Below are positions 11,851 to 24,534 of a stretch of 47,375 nucleotides of DNA, piece after piece; position 1 is the stretch's first letter; every line of letters starts with the position of its first letter. The stretch spans positions 53,092,832 through 53,140,206 of the forward strand of contig NC_068995.1 in NCBI RefSeq assembly GCF_001194135.2, in the 5' to 3' direction. Below the pieces are notes generated by a model, which was not told the DNA's origin, searched no databases, and saw nothing but the letters and a program-made list of their open reading frames with translations. The stretch is from Octopus bimaculoides. Taxonomy: Eukaryota. The translations under genes were made by a program, and so were the position numbers.

Positions 11851-12784
11851 CGTCACCATAATAATAATAATGATGATGATGATGATTTTATTTCATATTA
11901 GCACGAAACCATTNNNNNNNNNNNNNNNNNNNNNNNNNNNNNNNNNNNNNNNNNNNNNNNNNNNNNNNNNNNNNNNNNNNNNNNNNNNNNNNNNNNNNNN
12001 NNNNNNNNNNNNNNNNNNNNNNNNNNNNNNNNNNNNNNNNNNNNNNNNNNNNNNNNNNNNNNNNNNNNNNNNNNNNNNNNNNNNNNNNNNNNNNNNNNNN
12101 NNNNNNNNNNNNNNNNNNNNNNNNNNNNNNNNNNNNNNNNNNNNNNNNNNNNNNNNNNNNNNNNNNNNNNNNNNNNNNNNNNNNNNNNNNNNNNNNNNNN
12201 NNNNNNNNNNNNNNNNNNNNNNNNNNNNNNNNNNNNNNNNNNNNNNNNNNNNNNNNNNNNNNNNNNNNNNNNNNNNNNNNNNNNNNNNNNNNNNNNNNNN
12301 NNNNNNNNNNNNNNNNNNNNNNNNNNNNNNNNNNNNNNNNNNNNNNNNNNNNNNNNNNNNNNNNNNNNNNNNNNNNNNNNNNNNNNNNNNNNNNNNNNNN
12401 NNNNNNNNNNNNNNNNNNNNNNNNNNNNNNNNNNNNNNNNNNNNNNNNNNNNNNNNNNNNNNNNNNNNNNNNNNNNNNNNNNNNNNNNNNNNNNNNNNNN
12501 NNNNNNNNNNNNNNNNNNNNNNNNNNNNNNNNNNNNNNNNNNNNNNNNNNNNNNNNNNNNNNNNNNNNNNNNNNNNNNNNNNNCCCCCGGAAAGGATAAA
12601 AGGCAAAATTACCCTTGGTGGGATATGAACTCAGAGCCTAGAGGGCTGAAGCAAATAACACAAGGTATTCAAAACGATAACGATTCGGCAAATTCGCCAC
12701 ATTTACGTTTCTTATACAGAATCATGGTTTCGTAATTCGGGTCGTGTGCGTGTATGTGTGTGTGAGTGTGTGTGTGTGCATGTG

Positions 12785-13150
12785 TGTGTGGGATTGTCTC
12801 CTCCCCAACCACATGGTTTCGGGTTCAGTCCCACTGCGTGGCACCTTGGGGGAAGTGTTTCTATTATAGCCACGGGCCGAGCAAAGCCTTGTCAGTGGAT
12901 TTCGGCGACGGAAACTGAAAAAGCCCACCATATAATAAATAAATAAATGTATGCATGTGCACGTGTGTCTTTGAGCCTGTGCTTGTCCCCCAGAACCGCT
13001 TGACAACCGGTGTTGGTGTGTTTACGTCCCCCGTAATTTAGCGATTCGGCACAAGAGACGATAGAATAGAAGATAGGCTTTAAAGAAATAAATACTGGGT
13101 GTCATTCGTTCGACTAAAACCCTTCAAAGGAATCCCTACCCTGACCGCAA
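12785..13150 (+). mobile_element. SINE family A
   Basis: ccacatggtttcgggttcagtcccactgcgtggcaccttgggggaagtg...gacggaaactgaaaaagcc, a short internal repeat, then gcttgacaaccggtgttggtgtgtttacgtcccc...gactaaaaccc. Confidence 0.85.
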
Positions 13151-13299
13151 TCTGATGACTGTAACAAGACCCTCAGGTAAATACCAAATTTAATCTGTGA
13201 TGGACAAATAGGTCTAGATTTTTTTTCGAATAAATATAGGCGATTAAGTGGACACCAGTATTAGTTGGTATTTCAATCGCTCAACCCCGGAAGAATAAC

Positions 13300-13750
13300 A
13301 AGCAAAATAAACTCCGGTGAGATTTGAACTCAGATCGCAAACAACCGAAATAGCTCGAATCCAACGCGTTAACGATTCTGCCAAAACCCGCACTTGCCGT
13401 CGAAACTGTATTGTTTCTAATCTTGGCACAAGGCCAGCAGTTTTAAGGGGAAGGGGTAATTCAATACTATCGACTCCACAACTTGAATGGTTTCTTATTT
13501 TATCGAAACCCACAGAATGAATGGCAACGTTGACCTGGGTGGGATTTGAAATCAGATCGTAAATGGCCGGAATGAATAGAGCAAAGCAACTTTTTTTTGC
13601 TACACATTAATGATTGGGTGGAGTGGATGTGGGGCAGATGATCACATTAATTTAGGTAATTAACTGATTATTTTCTTCACCGTTGTAGGATGAAAGACAA
13701 AGTTGGCCTCAGCGAGATTTGAACTCAGAGCTTAAATGACTGGGACAAAC
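13300..13750 (-). mobile_element. Three diverged SINE family B fragments
   Basis: gatttgaactcaga modules at about 13321, 13541 and 13716, with ggcacaaggccagcagttt and ggatgaaagacaaagttggcc blocks. Confidence 0.7.
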
Positions 13751-13754
13751 GTCC

Positions 13755-14400
13755 AACCGGCCAAAAAAGAGAAAAAGAAAATCGTAAATTGACATGGACC
13801 AAAGACCACGATGTTAGTCTGGGAACAGTCGATTATTTCGTCTACCGTATGATACAGGTGCCGTCTTTGTTCTACTATAAAAGCCGCAAAGAAGAGCTGA
13901 AGAAGAATTTTAATGTAGAAGATTGTGTGATGTTCATGCCTGTATGAAGAACCTTGGAGGTACGTGCTTACGAGGTAGCCTCTAGGGTTAGGGTTAGCGA
14001 AGAAAATATCTACAGGATGCCACTTATATTCAAAAGAAAGGATGGACGCATTAAATAATGTTATCCCAGATGTCCACAACGAGAATATTTTCGATCAAAG
14101 GCGAGCAATGGTCATTGTTGTCACAGAACTGACCGAGGGTTACAAGATTCACAGAGGTTATAAGGCTGACATAGAGTCACAAGGTTGGCGTAGGGTCACG
14201 TAGTTAACATGGGGTTTACAGGATTGACATGGGGTTTACAGAGCTGAGATAGAATTGCGACAATGCCAACAACACTGAATAGAGGCGACGTAATCTGCAA
14301 GAAAAATGGGTGTTTCCACAGGTAGTTGAAACCGGCATGTCGATACAGTTGGGCCAGGACCTTGTGACCGTATCCTGTACAAACCAGCGTGGAAACTTTA
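13755..14400 (+). mobile_element. Possible decayed LINE ORF1 (gag-like) remnant
   Basis: Non-repetitive island with one frame open from 13747 to 14058 except for a TGA at 13945. A CX2CX4HX4C-like pattern near 14338-14380 can be restored with one indel and two substitutions. The assignment is inferential. Confidence 0.3.
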
Positions 14401-14660
14401 ATGAAATCAGTCGCTTGACCAAGTAGAAATAATAGCCAAATTACCTTTAAGTCACATTCAACTGCCTTTGCTTAAAAAAAAATCACAAAAGAAGAGAAGG
14501 GAAAGATATACAATGGTCAATGTAGTTGTAGACACAGACAAAAAGACTGTATCATAGAGAAATGATCAGGTGTTGGGTGGTAATTGGAACGCTTTTAAAT
14601 CGTACTTCTGCTTGAGTTGGACTGACCTGGGGCTAAACACAAACAAGTACAACAAGGACA
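14400..14660 (+). repeat. Interspersed repeat family C copy
   Basis: tagaaataatagccaaattacc...ggactgacctggggctaaacacaaacaag, the same start and end as the copies at 21180-21350 and 32660-32870. Confidence 0.6.
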
Positions 14661-15382
14661 ACAGCTACAATATTAACAACCTTATCCTGTATTCACGCTT
14701 CGGTGTCTGCCGCGCAGGAAATTATGGTTTTACTCGGATTAGCCAGACACATGGCTTCTGATATTTCAGAATAGAAGAAGCGGTTGAGAAGGAAAGAAGG
14801 AAAGAAAGAGACAGTGAAGGAAGAGGGAAGAGGGGGGTGAGAGGAAGGAGACATGAAGACAGAGAGGGGGATGTGATGTTCTTCAGTCATTTATTATATC
14901 CCAAGATCTTATTATAGCTGTCATTGTTATTTAACCCTAGGTTTCCCGCTTGTCAAATTCTTTTGTGTTTATGTCTCCTATCATTGCTAAGACCACGCTG
15001 GAGAACAGAATTTTTTACAAATTTCCCTACCGTAACCACTTGATCAAAAGTACAGCTACACTCAAGAGACATTCCACTCATGACCAACTCATTTTTTTCT
15101 TTTCAGATCACATTCAGTATATTTAGTAGCGTATTATCCAACGTGTCCACTCCGTTAGGTTAATCTCAGTGTGTGTTTGTGTGTGTGTGTGTGTGTGGTT
15201 GGTTAGGCGGGTGAGTTGGCGGAGCGGAGTATTTGTACCGGTTCTTTCCATTCCAAGTTCAAATCACATCTTTTTCATTTGTTTTCTTCGGGTGGATAAA
15301 CAACGCACCCGTCTAGTACTGGGGTCGATTCTTCTTTTGTTCAATCACCCCGCTCTCTCTCTCTTTCTCTCTCTCTTCCTAG

Positions 15383-15421
15383 AAAATGATTACGATGATG
15401 ATGGTGATGAAATTGGCTATG
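15383..15421 (+). CDS. Candidate 39-nt exon (phase 1-1, xNDYDDDGDEIGYx)
   Basis: Long pyrimidine tract ending ttcctag, 39 nt open, then a gtaaga donor. No homology recognised, and the tract is a (CT) repeat. Confidence 0.25.
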
Positions 15422-16096
15422 GTAAGACCTGGAGAAGGATGGGCTCCGCCTGGTTTAAAATGCCGGGAGGTGAAGGACATCCACCCCCAAGGCAAGTTGT
15501 GTATGCTGGGAGGGAGTGGAGGGGAGCGGGGGTTGTCTACGTGTGTATGGACACGTGATTTTGAGGGAAGTATTCGTTGCTATATCGTGCAGATCTAGAG
15601 CAGACCACGAGGTTGATGCCGTCTCGCTGTTATATCTAGCGGCGTCGACAACTACACACCTACTACAAGTTAAAGCGAAAATTCGAAACCGCAGCCCGCG
15701 ATTTTAGCTGATCCACGAGTTGTCTTCGATCTTACTCAACAGTTCTGTAGCCTAATAAACGGCATTGATTTCGTTACTACACGGAAAGAAAGATGCACAG
15801 AGAAACAGACAGAGAAACAGAGAGAGAGAGGAATACGCGAGTGTAGGATGTTCATTCATGCGTTTATCAAGGCTGTTTCGTAATTCTCTCGTGTCAGTGG
15901 AGTGGAGTGGATTGAAATAAAAGAAAGTCGGAGAAGAAGAGACGAGGTGGGTGGGAATCAATAAATAAATAAATATTTGAAAATGAGATCGCAGGTTCGA
16001 TCCACCGTGAAAATTTTATCTTGTTACTTTATTTAAAACGAAAAAGGAAAAACAGATAACATGAACCTACATATGTTTGTTTAATTTTGGATATAC

Positions 16097-16128
<32 letters not shown>

Positions 16129-17016
16129 TACTCAGTGGCACTACCGATATATCGAAATATTTAATAAGAAAATGATTCTTAAAGCACTTAAATAAAATAC
16201 TGTGTACAGGTAGGATAAGGATGAAGACGACGTCGACGACGACGATGATGATGATGACGAGTATAACACTAACAACAACAGCAACAACAATAATCGTTTC
16301 TTTTCTTGCCACGTGAGTAACATTAACACAAAAACAACACCACACTAACAAAAACATTTTTGGAGTTAACGTACATACACACACACACACACACACACAT
16401 TCTGCTTACGTGTGAAAACAAAACACGCACACAAGGACACGCGCACGCACATGCACACGCGTGCAAAAGCTTGTGTGTGAGAGAGAGAGAGGGAGAGAGA
16501 ACATGTTTGATGTATACAGAAAGAAATGTATGCATATATGAATCTATGTATTTTTATGTATGTGTATATGTATATATATATAAGTATATATATATATATA
16601 TATATGTATGTATAAGTTCATTACAGTTCGGCTTAGAATGTCGTGACCTCGTGCTTGATATCCTGAGGGTGTCTTTGGAATTGCCCCTTAGTCTGACCAC
16701 CATGACCACCATTAAACGAGTGTTCGCTGTCAGACCCACTGCTAACCTATTACGATAACCGACGTAAGAAATATTTACTCTAGGAAAGGTATTGAGTTAG
16801 CTTTTACTTTGTCCGTGGTTAACACACAACTAACTCTGTGTGTGTGTGTGTGTTTGTGTGTATACATGCATACATACATACATACATATATACATACATA
16901 CATACATGTGTACGTTTGTGTGTTTAAATCTTCGTATGCATCTACGTGCGTAGGTGTATGTGTGCATACGCATATATACTGTGTAGTTATACATACATGC
17001 ATGCACACACACATAC

Positions 17017-17131
<115 letters not shown>

Positions 17132-17387
17132 AAGTTATATTTAGCATATAATAAGACAAAAGATCGTAAGATTACTATGTATGAAATGATCTTAAAAAAA
17201 AAAAAGAAATTCGGAAGCGAAAGATAATGACCCCCGCCTCCCGTCACCTCACCAAAAAAGCAAAAAACAAAAAAAAGAAAATAATAATAACTGAAAATAA
17301 ATGAGCAAACTAACAACAACAACAGCATGAACCCCAACAATAACAACAACAACAACAACAACAACAACAAAGTCGTTTTTGTCTTAC

Positions 17388-17505
17388 CTGTTGTGGTGAG
17401 GCTGGTACTAATAGGCTGTAGCAATACTCCAAAGGTAATCCATAATGTGTGGAATAATATGATATTGGTACTCGTTATAATTACAAGAGTCTGTATTCGC
17501 CTCAT
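17388..17505 (-). CDS. Candidate exon encoding a signal-peptide-like or transmembrane segment (MRRIQTLVIITSTNIILFHTLWITFGVLLQPISTSLTTT)
   Basis: Unique 120-bp island between (AAC)n tracts. Acceptor ctgccag precedes CC-ATG, and the donor is ACAG/gtaaga (phase 1). Only one frame is open. Confidence 0.3.
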
Positions 17506-17693
17506 GGCTGGCAGATTTAAATGAACAGACAACATACAACAACAACAACAACAACAACAACAACAGCAGACACGAAACACACACGTACATTCATACATGC
17601 ATGCAAGTACACCGTACATACATGATGCTACTCAGGTACCACGTATATTCATATATGTTATGTATGTATAACGTATATATACATATACGTGTG

Positions 17694-17771
<78 letters not shown>

Positions 17772-18113
17772 GATATTTGTTGTACGTTCTTGACACGCAT
17801 TCACGCACGCACACACGCATACAGGCGTGAACTTACATCATCGGTGCGAGTGTAGTGTGTGTGTATATATATATATAAAAATATATATATATATATATAT
17901 ACACATATATAATTTTTGAGTTGCAAGGTACTTGTGTGTGGGTGTGTGCGTGTGAGAGAGTTTGCACGTGCGTGTGTGTGTGTATGTGTGTACGTTCGTA
18001 TGTTTGTATGTGTTTGTGTTTGCGTCTGTGTGTAAATTTCCGGCGTGTGTATGTGTATGTGTGTATGTACGTCTGTGTATGTGTGTGTGCGTGTGTGTGT
18101 GTGTAAGTGTCTT

Positions 18114-18167
<54 letters not shown>

Positions 18168-18227
18168 TGTATGTATGTGTAAATGTGTGAGGTATCGAAA
18201 CTTCAACTTCGAAACACACGCAATACA

Positions 18228-18228
18228 A

Positions 18229-18270
<42 letters not shown>

Positions 18271-18377
18271 NNNNNNNNNNAATAATAATAATAATAGTAA
18301 TAGTAATAATAATAATAATAACAATTATTAAATTTCCAAAGATGAAGTTTTTTTTTCATAAATCCACAGAGGAATAA

Positions 18378-18471
<94 letters not shown>

Positions 18472-19163
18472 NNNNNNNNNNNNNNNNNNNNNNNNNNNNN
18501 NNNNNNNNNNNNNNNNNNNNNNNNNNNNNNNNNNNNNNNNNNNNNNNNNNNNNNNNNNNNNNNNNNNNNNNNNNNNNNNNNNNNNNNNNNNNNNNNNNNN
18601 NNNNNNNNNNNNNNNNNNNNNNNNNNNNNNNNNNNNNNNNNNNNNNNNNNNNNNNNNNNNNNNNNNNNNNNNNNNNNNNNNNNNNNNNNNNNNNNNNNNN
18701 NNNNNNNNNNNNNNNNNNNNNNNNNNNNNNNNNNNNNNNNNNNNNNNNNNNNNNNNNNNNNNNNNNNNNNNNNNNNNNNNNNNNNNNNNNNNNNNNNNNN
18801 NNNNNNNNNNNNNNNNNNNNNNNNNNNNNNNNNNNNNNNNNNNNNNNNNNNNNNNNNNNNNNNNNNNNNNNNNNNNNNNNNNNNNNNNNNNNNNNNNNNN
18901 NNNNNNNNNNNNNNNNNNNNNNNNNNNNNNNNNNNNNNNNNNNNNNNNNNNNNNNNNNNNNNNNNNNNNNNNNNNNNNNNNNNNNNNNNNNNNNNNNNNN
19001 NNNNNNNNNNNNNNNNNNNNNNNNNNNNNNNNNNNNNNNNNNNNNNNNNNNNNNNNNNNNNNNNNNNNNNNNNNNNNNNNNNNNAGCCAGCCAGCCGACT
19101 GAATGCAGCAGCAGCAACATCGACAGCAGCAGTTGCTACAACAACAGTAATAACAAGAATAAC

Positions 19164-19200
<37 letters not shown>

Positions 19201-19301
19201 TAACAGCGACAACGGTAAACGATGACGATGATGATGATGATGTTGGCGATGACAATAACGGCGGTAATAGTAACAATAGAGAGGAAGCGACGATGACAAC
19301 A

Positions 19302-19347
<46 letters not shown>

Positions 19348-20305
19348 CAACGATGNNNNNNNNNNNNNNNNNNNNNNNNNNNNNNNNNNNNNNNNNNNNN
19401 NNNNNNNNNNNNNNNNNNNNNNNNNNNNNNNNNNNNNNNNNNNNNNNNNNNNNNNNNNNNNNNNNNNNNNNNNNNNNNNNNNNNNNNNNNNNNNNNNNNN
19501 NNNNNNNNNNNNNNNNNNNNNNNNNNNNNNNNNNNNNNNNNNNNNNNNNNNNNNNNNNNNNNNNNNNNNNNNNNNNNNNNNNNNNNNNNNNNNNNNNNNN
19601 NNNNNNNNNNNNNNNNNNNNNNNNNNNNNNNNNNNNNNNNNNNNNNNNNNNNNNNNNNNNNNNNNNNNNNNNNNNNNNNNNNNNNNNNNNNNNNNNNNNN
19701 NNNGTGGTGGTGGTGGAGGTGGTGGAGGTAGTGGTGGTGGTGGAGGCGTTAGTGGTTGTGTTGGTTGTGGTGGTGGTGATGGTAGTGGTTGTGGTGGTGG
19801 TGGAGGCGGTAGTGGTAGTGGTGGTGGTGGTGTTTGTGGTTGATGTTAATAGTGCTGTTTGTAATGTTGGCAGTAATAGCAACAGTAGCGGTAACAGCGG
19901 TGGTAGTCGTAGAAATTGTAGTAGTAGTAGTAGTAGTAGTTGTAGTAGTAGTAGTAGTAGTAGTAGTGGTTTGATGTTGGTGGCGTTGGTCCTAATGGAT
20001 TAATGGTGGTGGTGGTAGTAGTGATTGTAGTGGCCTTGGACATAGCGCTAACAATTTGACGATGATGATGATGATGTTGATGTCGATTGTGGTAGTGATG
20101 ACAACGATAATGCTGATGTTGATGATACTCAAAACAACCAAGGTCAACTCAGTCACATGTAGACCTGTGGCCAAAGGGATTCCACTCATGGCCATCCCAT
20201 CCTATCCCATCCCATTTCATTCCATCCTTATTACTATTACTATTAATGTTTATCATCATCATCATAATTTTATTATTATTATTATCATTATTATTATTAT
20301 TATTA

Positions 20306-20387
<82 letters not shown>

Positions 20388-20400
20388 TTTGTATAATAGC
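18228..20400. repeat. Large trinucleotide microsatellite field: (AAT)n, (GAT)n, (GTG)n, (GTA)n, (ATT)n with gaps
   Basis: Directly visible. It produces the poly-I/N/Y/V/D/S ORFs in the track. Confidence 0.97.
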
Positions 20401-20573
20401 ATTGTCCAATGTTTGTGGCTTTTATTTGAAATGTTCGGATGCGTTTTGAGGGTGATTTAGCTGCTATGTTTAGCAGGATGAAAAAGAGAGAAGAAAAAAA
20501 AACTGCGCAGAGGCCTCTCCGTTGGCGCGATAATGACGACGACGACGATGATGATGATGATGATGATGACGAT

Positions 20574-20604
<31 letters not shown>

Positions 20605-21005
20605 ATGATGACGATGATGATGGTTCTGGCGGTGGTGGTGTCCGTCGGTAAAATTTATGACGACGACGACAACGAAAGAGTTCAGTGAATACAACAAACA
20701 CACTTACACATGCTTATCTCTCTAACTATAATACACACACACACACACACATATATATATATGTGTGTGTGTACATACACACACACGCATATGCGTGGGT
20801 GGGTGTGTATGTGTGTATACGCATATGCGTGTGTGTGCGCGTACGTGTGTGTGTCCTCATATACTCGCTGACACAGGCACACACTCACGCACACACTCGC
20901 ATACATGTATGCATTTATATATATGCATGTCCATATGTATATATGTGTGTGTATATACATATATATATATATACATACACATATATATATATATATATTT
21001 ATGTT

Positions 21006-21096
<91 letters not shown>

Positions 21097-21149
21097 CCTC
21101 ATGAAGACATGCAAAACGCATAACATACACAACTCAAAATATATTATGT

Positions 21150-21350
21150 CAACAAGAGAAGCCTTACGTGGTCGGTAGACAGGCTAGAAATAGCAGCTAA
21201 ACTACAATTAAATCTCAATATCGTCTTGCGTTCCCCGCACATTGAAGATAAATGCACAAAAAAAAAACTAACTAGGACGGGCATGGGTAGAACGCTTTTG
21301 ATCATATATCTTCTCGTTTAGGTCTGAACTGGCCCTAAACAACAACAACA
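21150..21350 (+). repeat. Interspersed repeat family C copy
   Basis: aggctagaaatagcagctaaac...ggtctgaactggccctaaacaacaacaac. Confidence 0.6.
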
Positions 21351-22485
21351 CACATATAACACACACACGTATACAACCTGGCGCTCAGTTGACGCTTCTT
21401 GAGAGAACACGGTGCGAGAAAAAGAAAGTAAGCAAAAAGGATGGAGGCGGGGGAAGGGGTAAGATTGTTGTGCTTGTGATGTTGTTGTTATTATTGTTGT
21501 CATCTGAAGGGGAAACTTATTATTTCTATACCTCTTCCCCCTCCTCTCTCTCTTTCTCCTTTACACTCCGGCTTTTGTTTGTTTCTTTTTTTATTTATCT
21601 ATACTATTATTTTTTTATTTTCTTCTCCTTGTTTCCCTCTTTCTCTCTCGCTTGCTCTATTAGTACGAACATACACACACACATACATAATGCATACATA
21701 CACACACACACATACATATATACATACATACACAAACATACATACATACATACATACATACATAAAAGCATGTACGCATTCATTCAAATATATGCATGTA
21801 TATATATATATATATATATACATGCGCTATTATGGTCATACATAATATAGACAAACATACATATAATTATATATACACACAAGTATACATACGGACATAA
21901 ATACATAACGCACACACATACACACGCACGTGTGTATGTGTGTGTAAATGCAAGTCCTTTCTTTCCACCTTTATCTTCGTTTCCCTCGCTCCCGCACCCA
22001 CACCCACACCCCACCCTGTTTTATTTTACACACATTTCCACCCACCCTCACCACTTCACCATCACCTTCTCCCTTGCGTTCACCCACCCCTCTCTCATTA
22101 CTCTCTGCCTGTCATTCTCGTCCTCTCTCTCTTCTCTTCGATTCCTCATTCTTTTCTTTCGTTTCTTTCTTGGATTTTTTATTTGCCTTTTTTGTATTTC
22201 TTTTTTCTTATGTTATTTTTAGAAAATCTCCTCCCACCTCCACCCCATTAGCAGTTGCATGCATTGGAGTTACTCCCCCCACATCAGCTGTTTCACTCTA
22301 CAACCTCACAACACCAAACACCTAACAAAAACGCACCAAATTTAAGCTTATACGAAATTGTCCTAGCCATTAGGCGCTGCTTTCACTTTCGTTTTCCACA
22401 CAACTTGTGTTATTACTGGCTCCGCTCACTTTTATTCTACTCATATATCTCCAATATCACCATTACAATTGTTATCGGCGTCACC

Positions 22486-22567
<82 letters not shown>

Positions 22568-23315
22568 TCGTCATCATCGTCATCTTCCTTATCGGTCAGA
22601 GAGGGTTGCTTCTTCTGTTTGCTTTCTCCGGCTTTCGCGCGCTTCTCATGTCTCAGCTGCTGCTACTGCTTCTTATATTGTTGTTGTTGTTAATGGTGTT
22701 GATGGTGGTGGTGGTGGTGGTCGTGGTGGCCGTGGTCGTGGTCGTCGCAGCCGTGGTAACTCTGGTATTAGTGTCACAGTTGGCGATTAATAGTTGAATC
22801 GTATTGAGGGGCCTGTTGGCCGACCCCCAAATCCAGCTACATGCTATCTTCTTTATCTATCTATCCAGCTCTCATTCTCTACCTTTCGTTCTGACTTTCT
22901 TTCTGTCTATCTCTTTCTATCTATCTCTTTCTATTTATCTCTTTCTCTTTCACGCATACAGCCTCTCTCTCACTCTCTCTCTCTTTCCGTATATGCCTAC
23001 ATACACACACACACGAACATGTGTATTTGTATGTATGTATGTATGTATGTATGGATGGATGGATATATGCGTGCAGACAGTCATCAATCCATCTGTCTGT
23101 CTGTCTGTCTATCGCTGTTCGTTCACCGTTTACTTTTCCACCCCGCTCGCCCTTTCTCTTTCCCCATATAGAACAAGCCGAACGTTGTAACTACATATAC
23201 ATACATTCATACGCGTGTGTAATTGTGTGTTTGTATGTATGGTTGACAATGTATTGAACTCACACACACACACGCGCGCGCACGTATATACATACACATA
23301 CACAAATATACATAC

Positions 23316-23348
<33 letters not shown>

Positions 23349-23945
23349 CATATATATACATACATAGATACATAGGTATGTACATACATCATTCCATTCG
23401 CCTATACGTACATGCATGCCAGCATTCATACGTATATACACGCATACATACACACATGCATATATACATACATACATACATACACATACATACATACATA
23501 CATAGAGTACTACATACATACACACACACATACATGCATACATACACACACATATATAAATACGCACGGATATACATACATACATACATACATACATACA
23601 TACATACATACATACACACATGCATAAATACATGCATACATTACTACATACATACATGCATACATACATACACCTGCGTTCTTATCTGTCTGTCTATCTT
23701 TCTATCTCTTCCTTATCGTGTCTTCGTTTCGTAAATGTTTATTCCCCCCCCCTCTCGTTGCTATTATCTTTTTATCGTTTCTCACCTTTCTCATTCCCTC
23801 TCCTCCCCCACCACCACCACCACGTCTCTTTCTCTCTCTTTCTTTCTCTCGTGAGATTTTGTTTTATTTACCCAGTAACAACCCATAGTAGTGTGCGTTT
23901 AACACACGCGTAATACACACATACGCACTTGTACAAATAGGTATA

Positions 23946-23993
<48 letters not shown>

Positions 23994-24239
23994 TACACAC
24001 ACACACACGCAGTGGCACGCTTTTGTACACACAGAATCATACTTCGCTCGCTTCTTGCTTAAATTGAGATAGAGCTGAAGATAGCAACACACACACACAC
24101 ACACAAGCACACACATACACACACACACATACACACACGTGCGTGCACGCGCGCACGCATACACGAAGACACACACACAAATACACTTCCCAAAACACAC
24201 GCGCACAGGCAAACAGTAACAGACACACGGACAGACGAA

Positions 24240-24366
24240 TAGACAGCTGAATAGGTAGAGACACACGCGGACATACAGATAGAAAGACGGACGGACGGAT
24301 AGATGGACAGACAGACACACAGACAGACAGTCAGACCGACAGTCAGACAGTCAGACAGACATACGT

Positions 24367-24416
<50 letters not shown>

Positions 24417-24471
24417 GGACGGACGGACGAACGGATGGATGGTTGGATGGGCAGCTTGCAAGCTACCTTGC

Positions 24472-24531
<60 letters not shown>

Positions 24532-24532
24532 G
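24240..24532. repeat. (GACA)n/(GATA)n tetranucleotide array abutting a LINE 3' end
   Basis: Directly visible. The (GATA)n run at about 24472-24530 ends about 10 bp from the LINE polyadenylation signal. Confidence 0.95.
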
Positions 24533-24534
24533 AT

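Noticed and set aside
20470-20703. His/Gln-rich frame DGHHHRQNHHHRHHHH...QQQQ on the minus strand
   Set aside because: It is a degenerate (GAT)/(GAC)/(GCT) repeat open in several frames on both strands, with no convincing splice sites.
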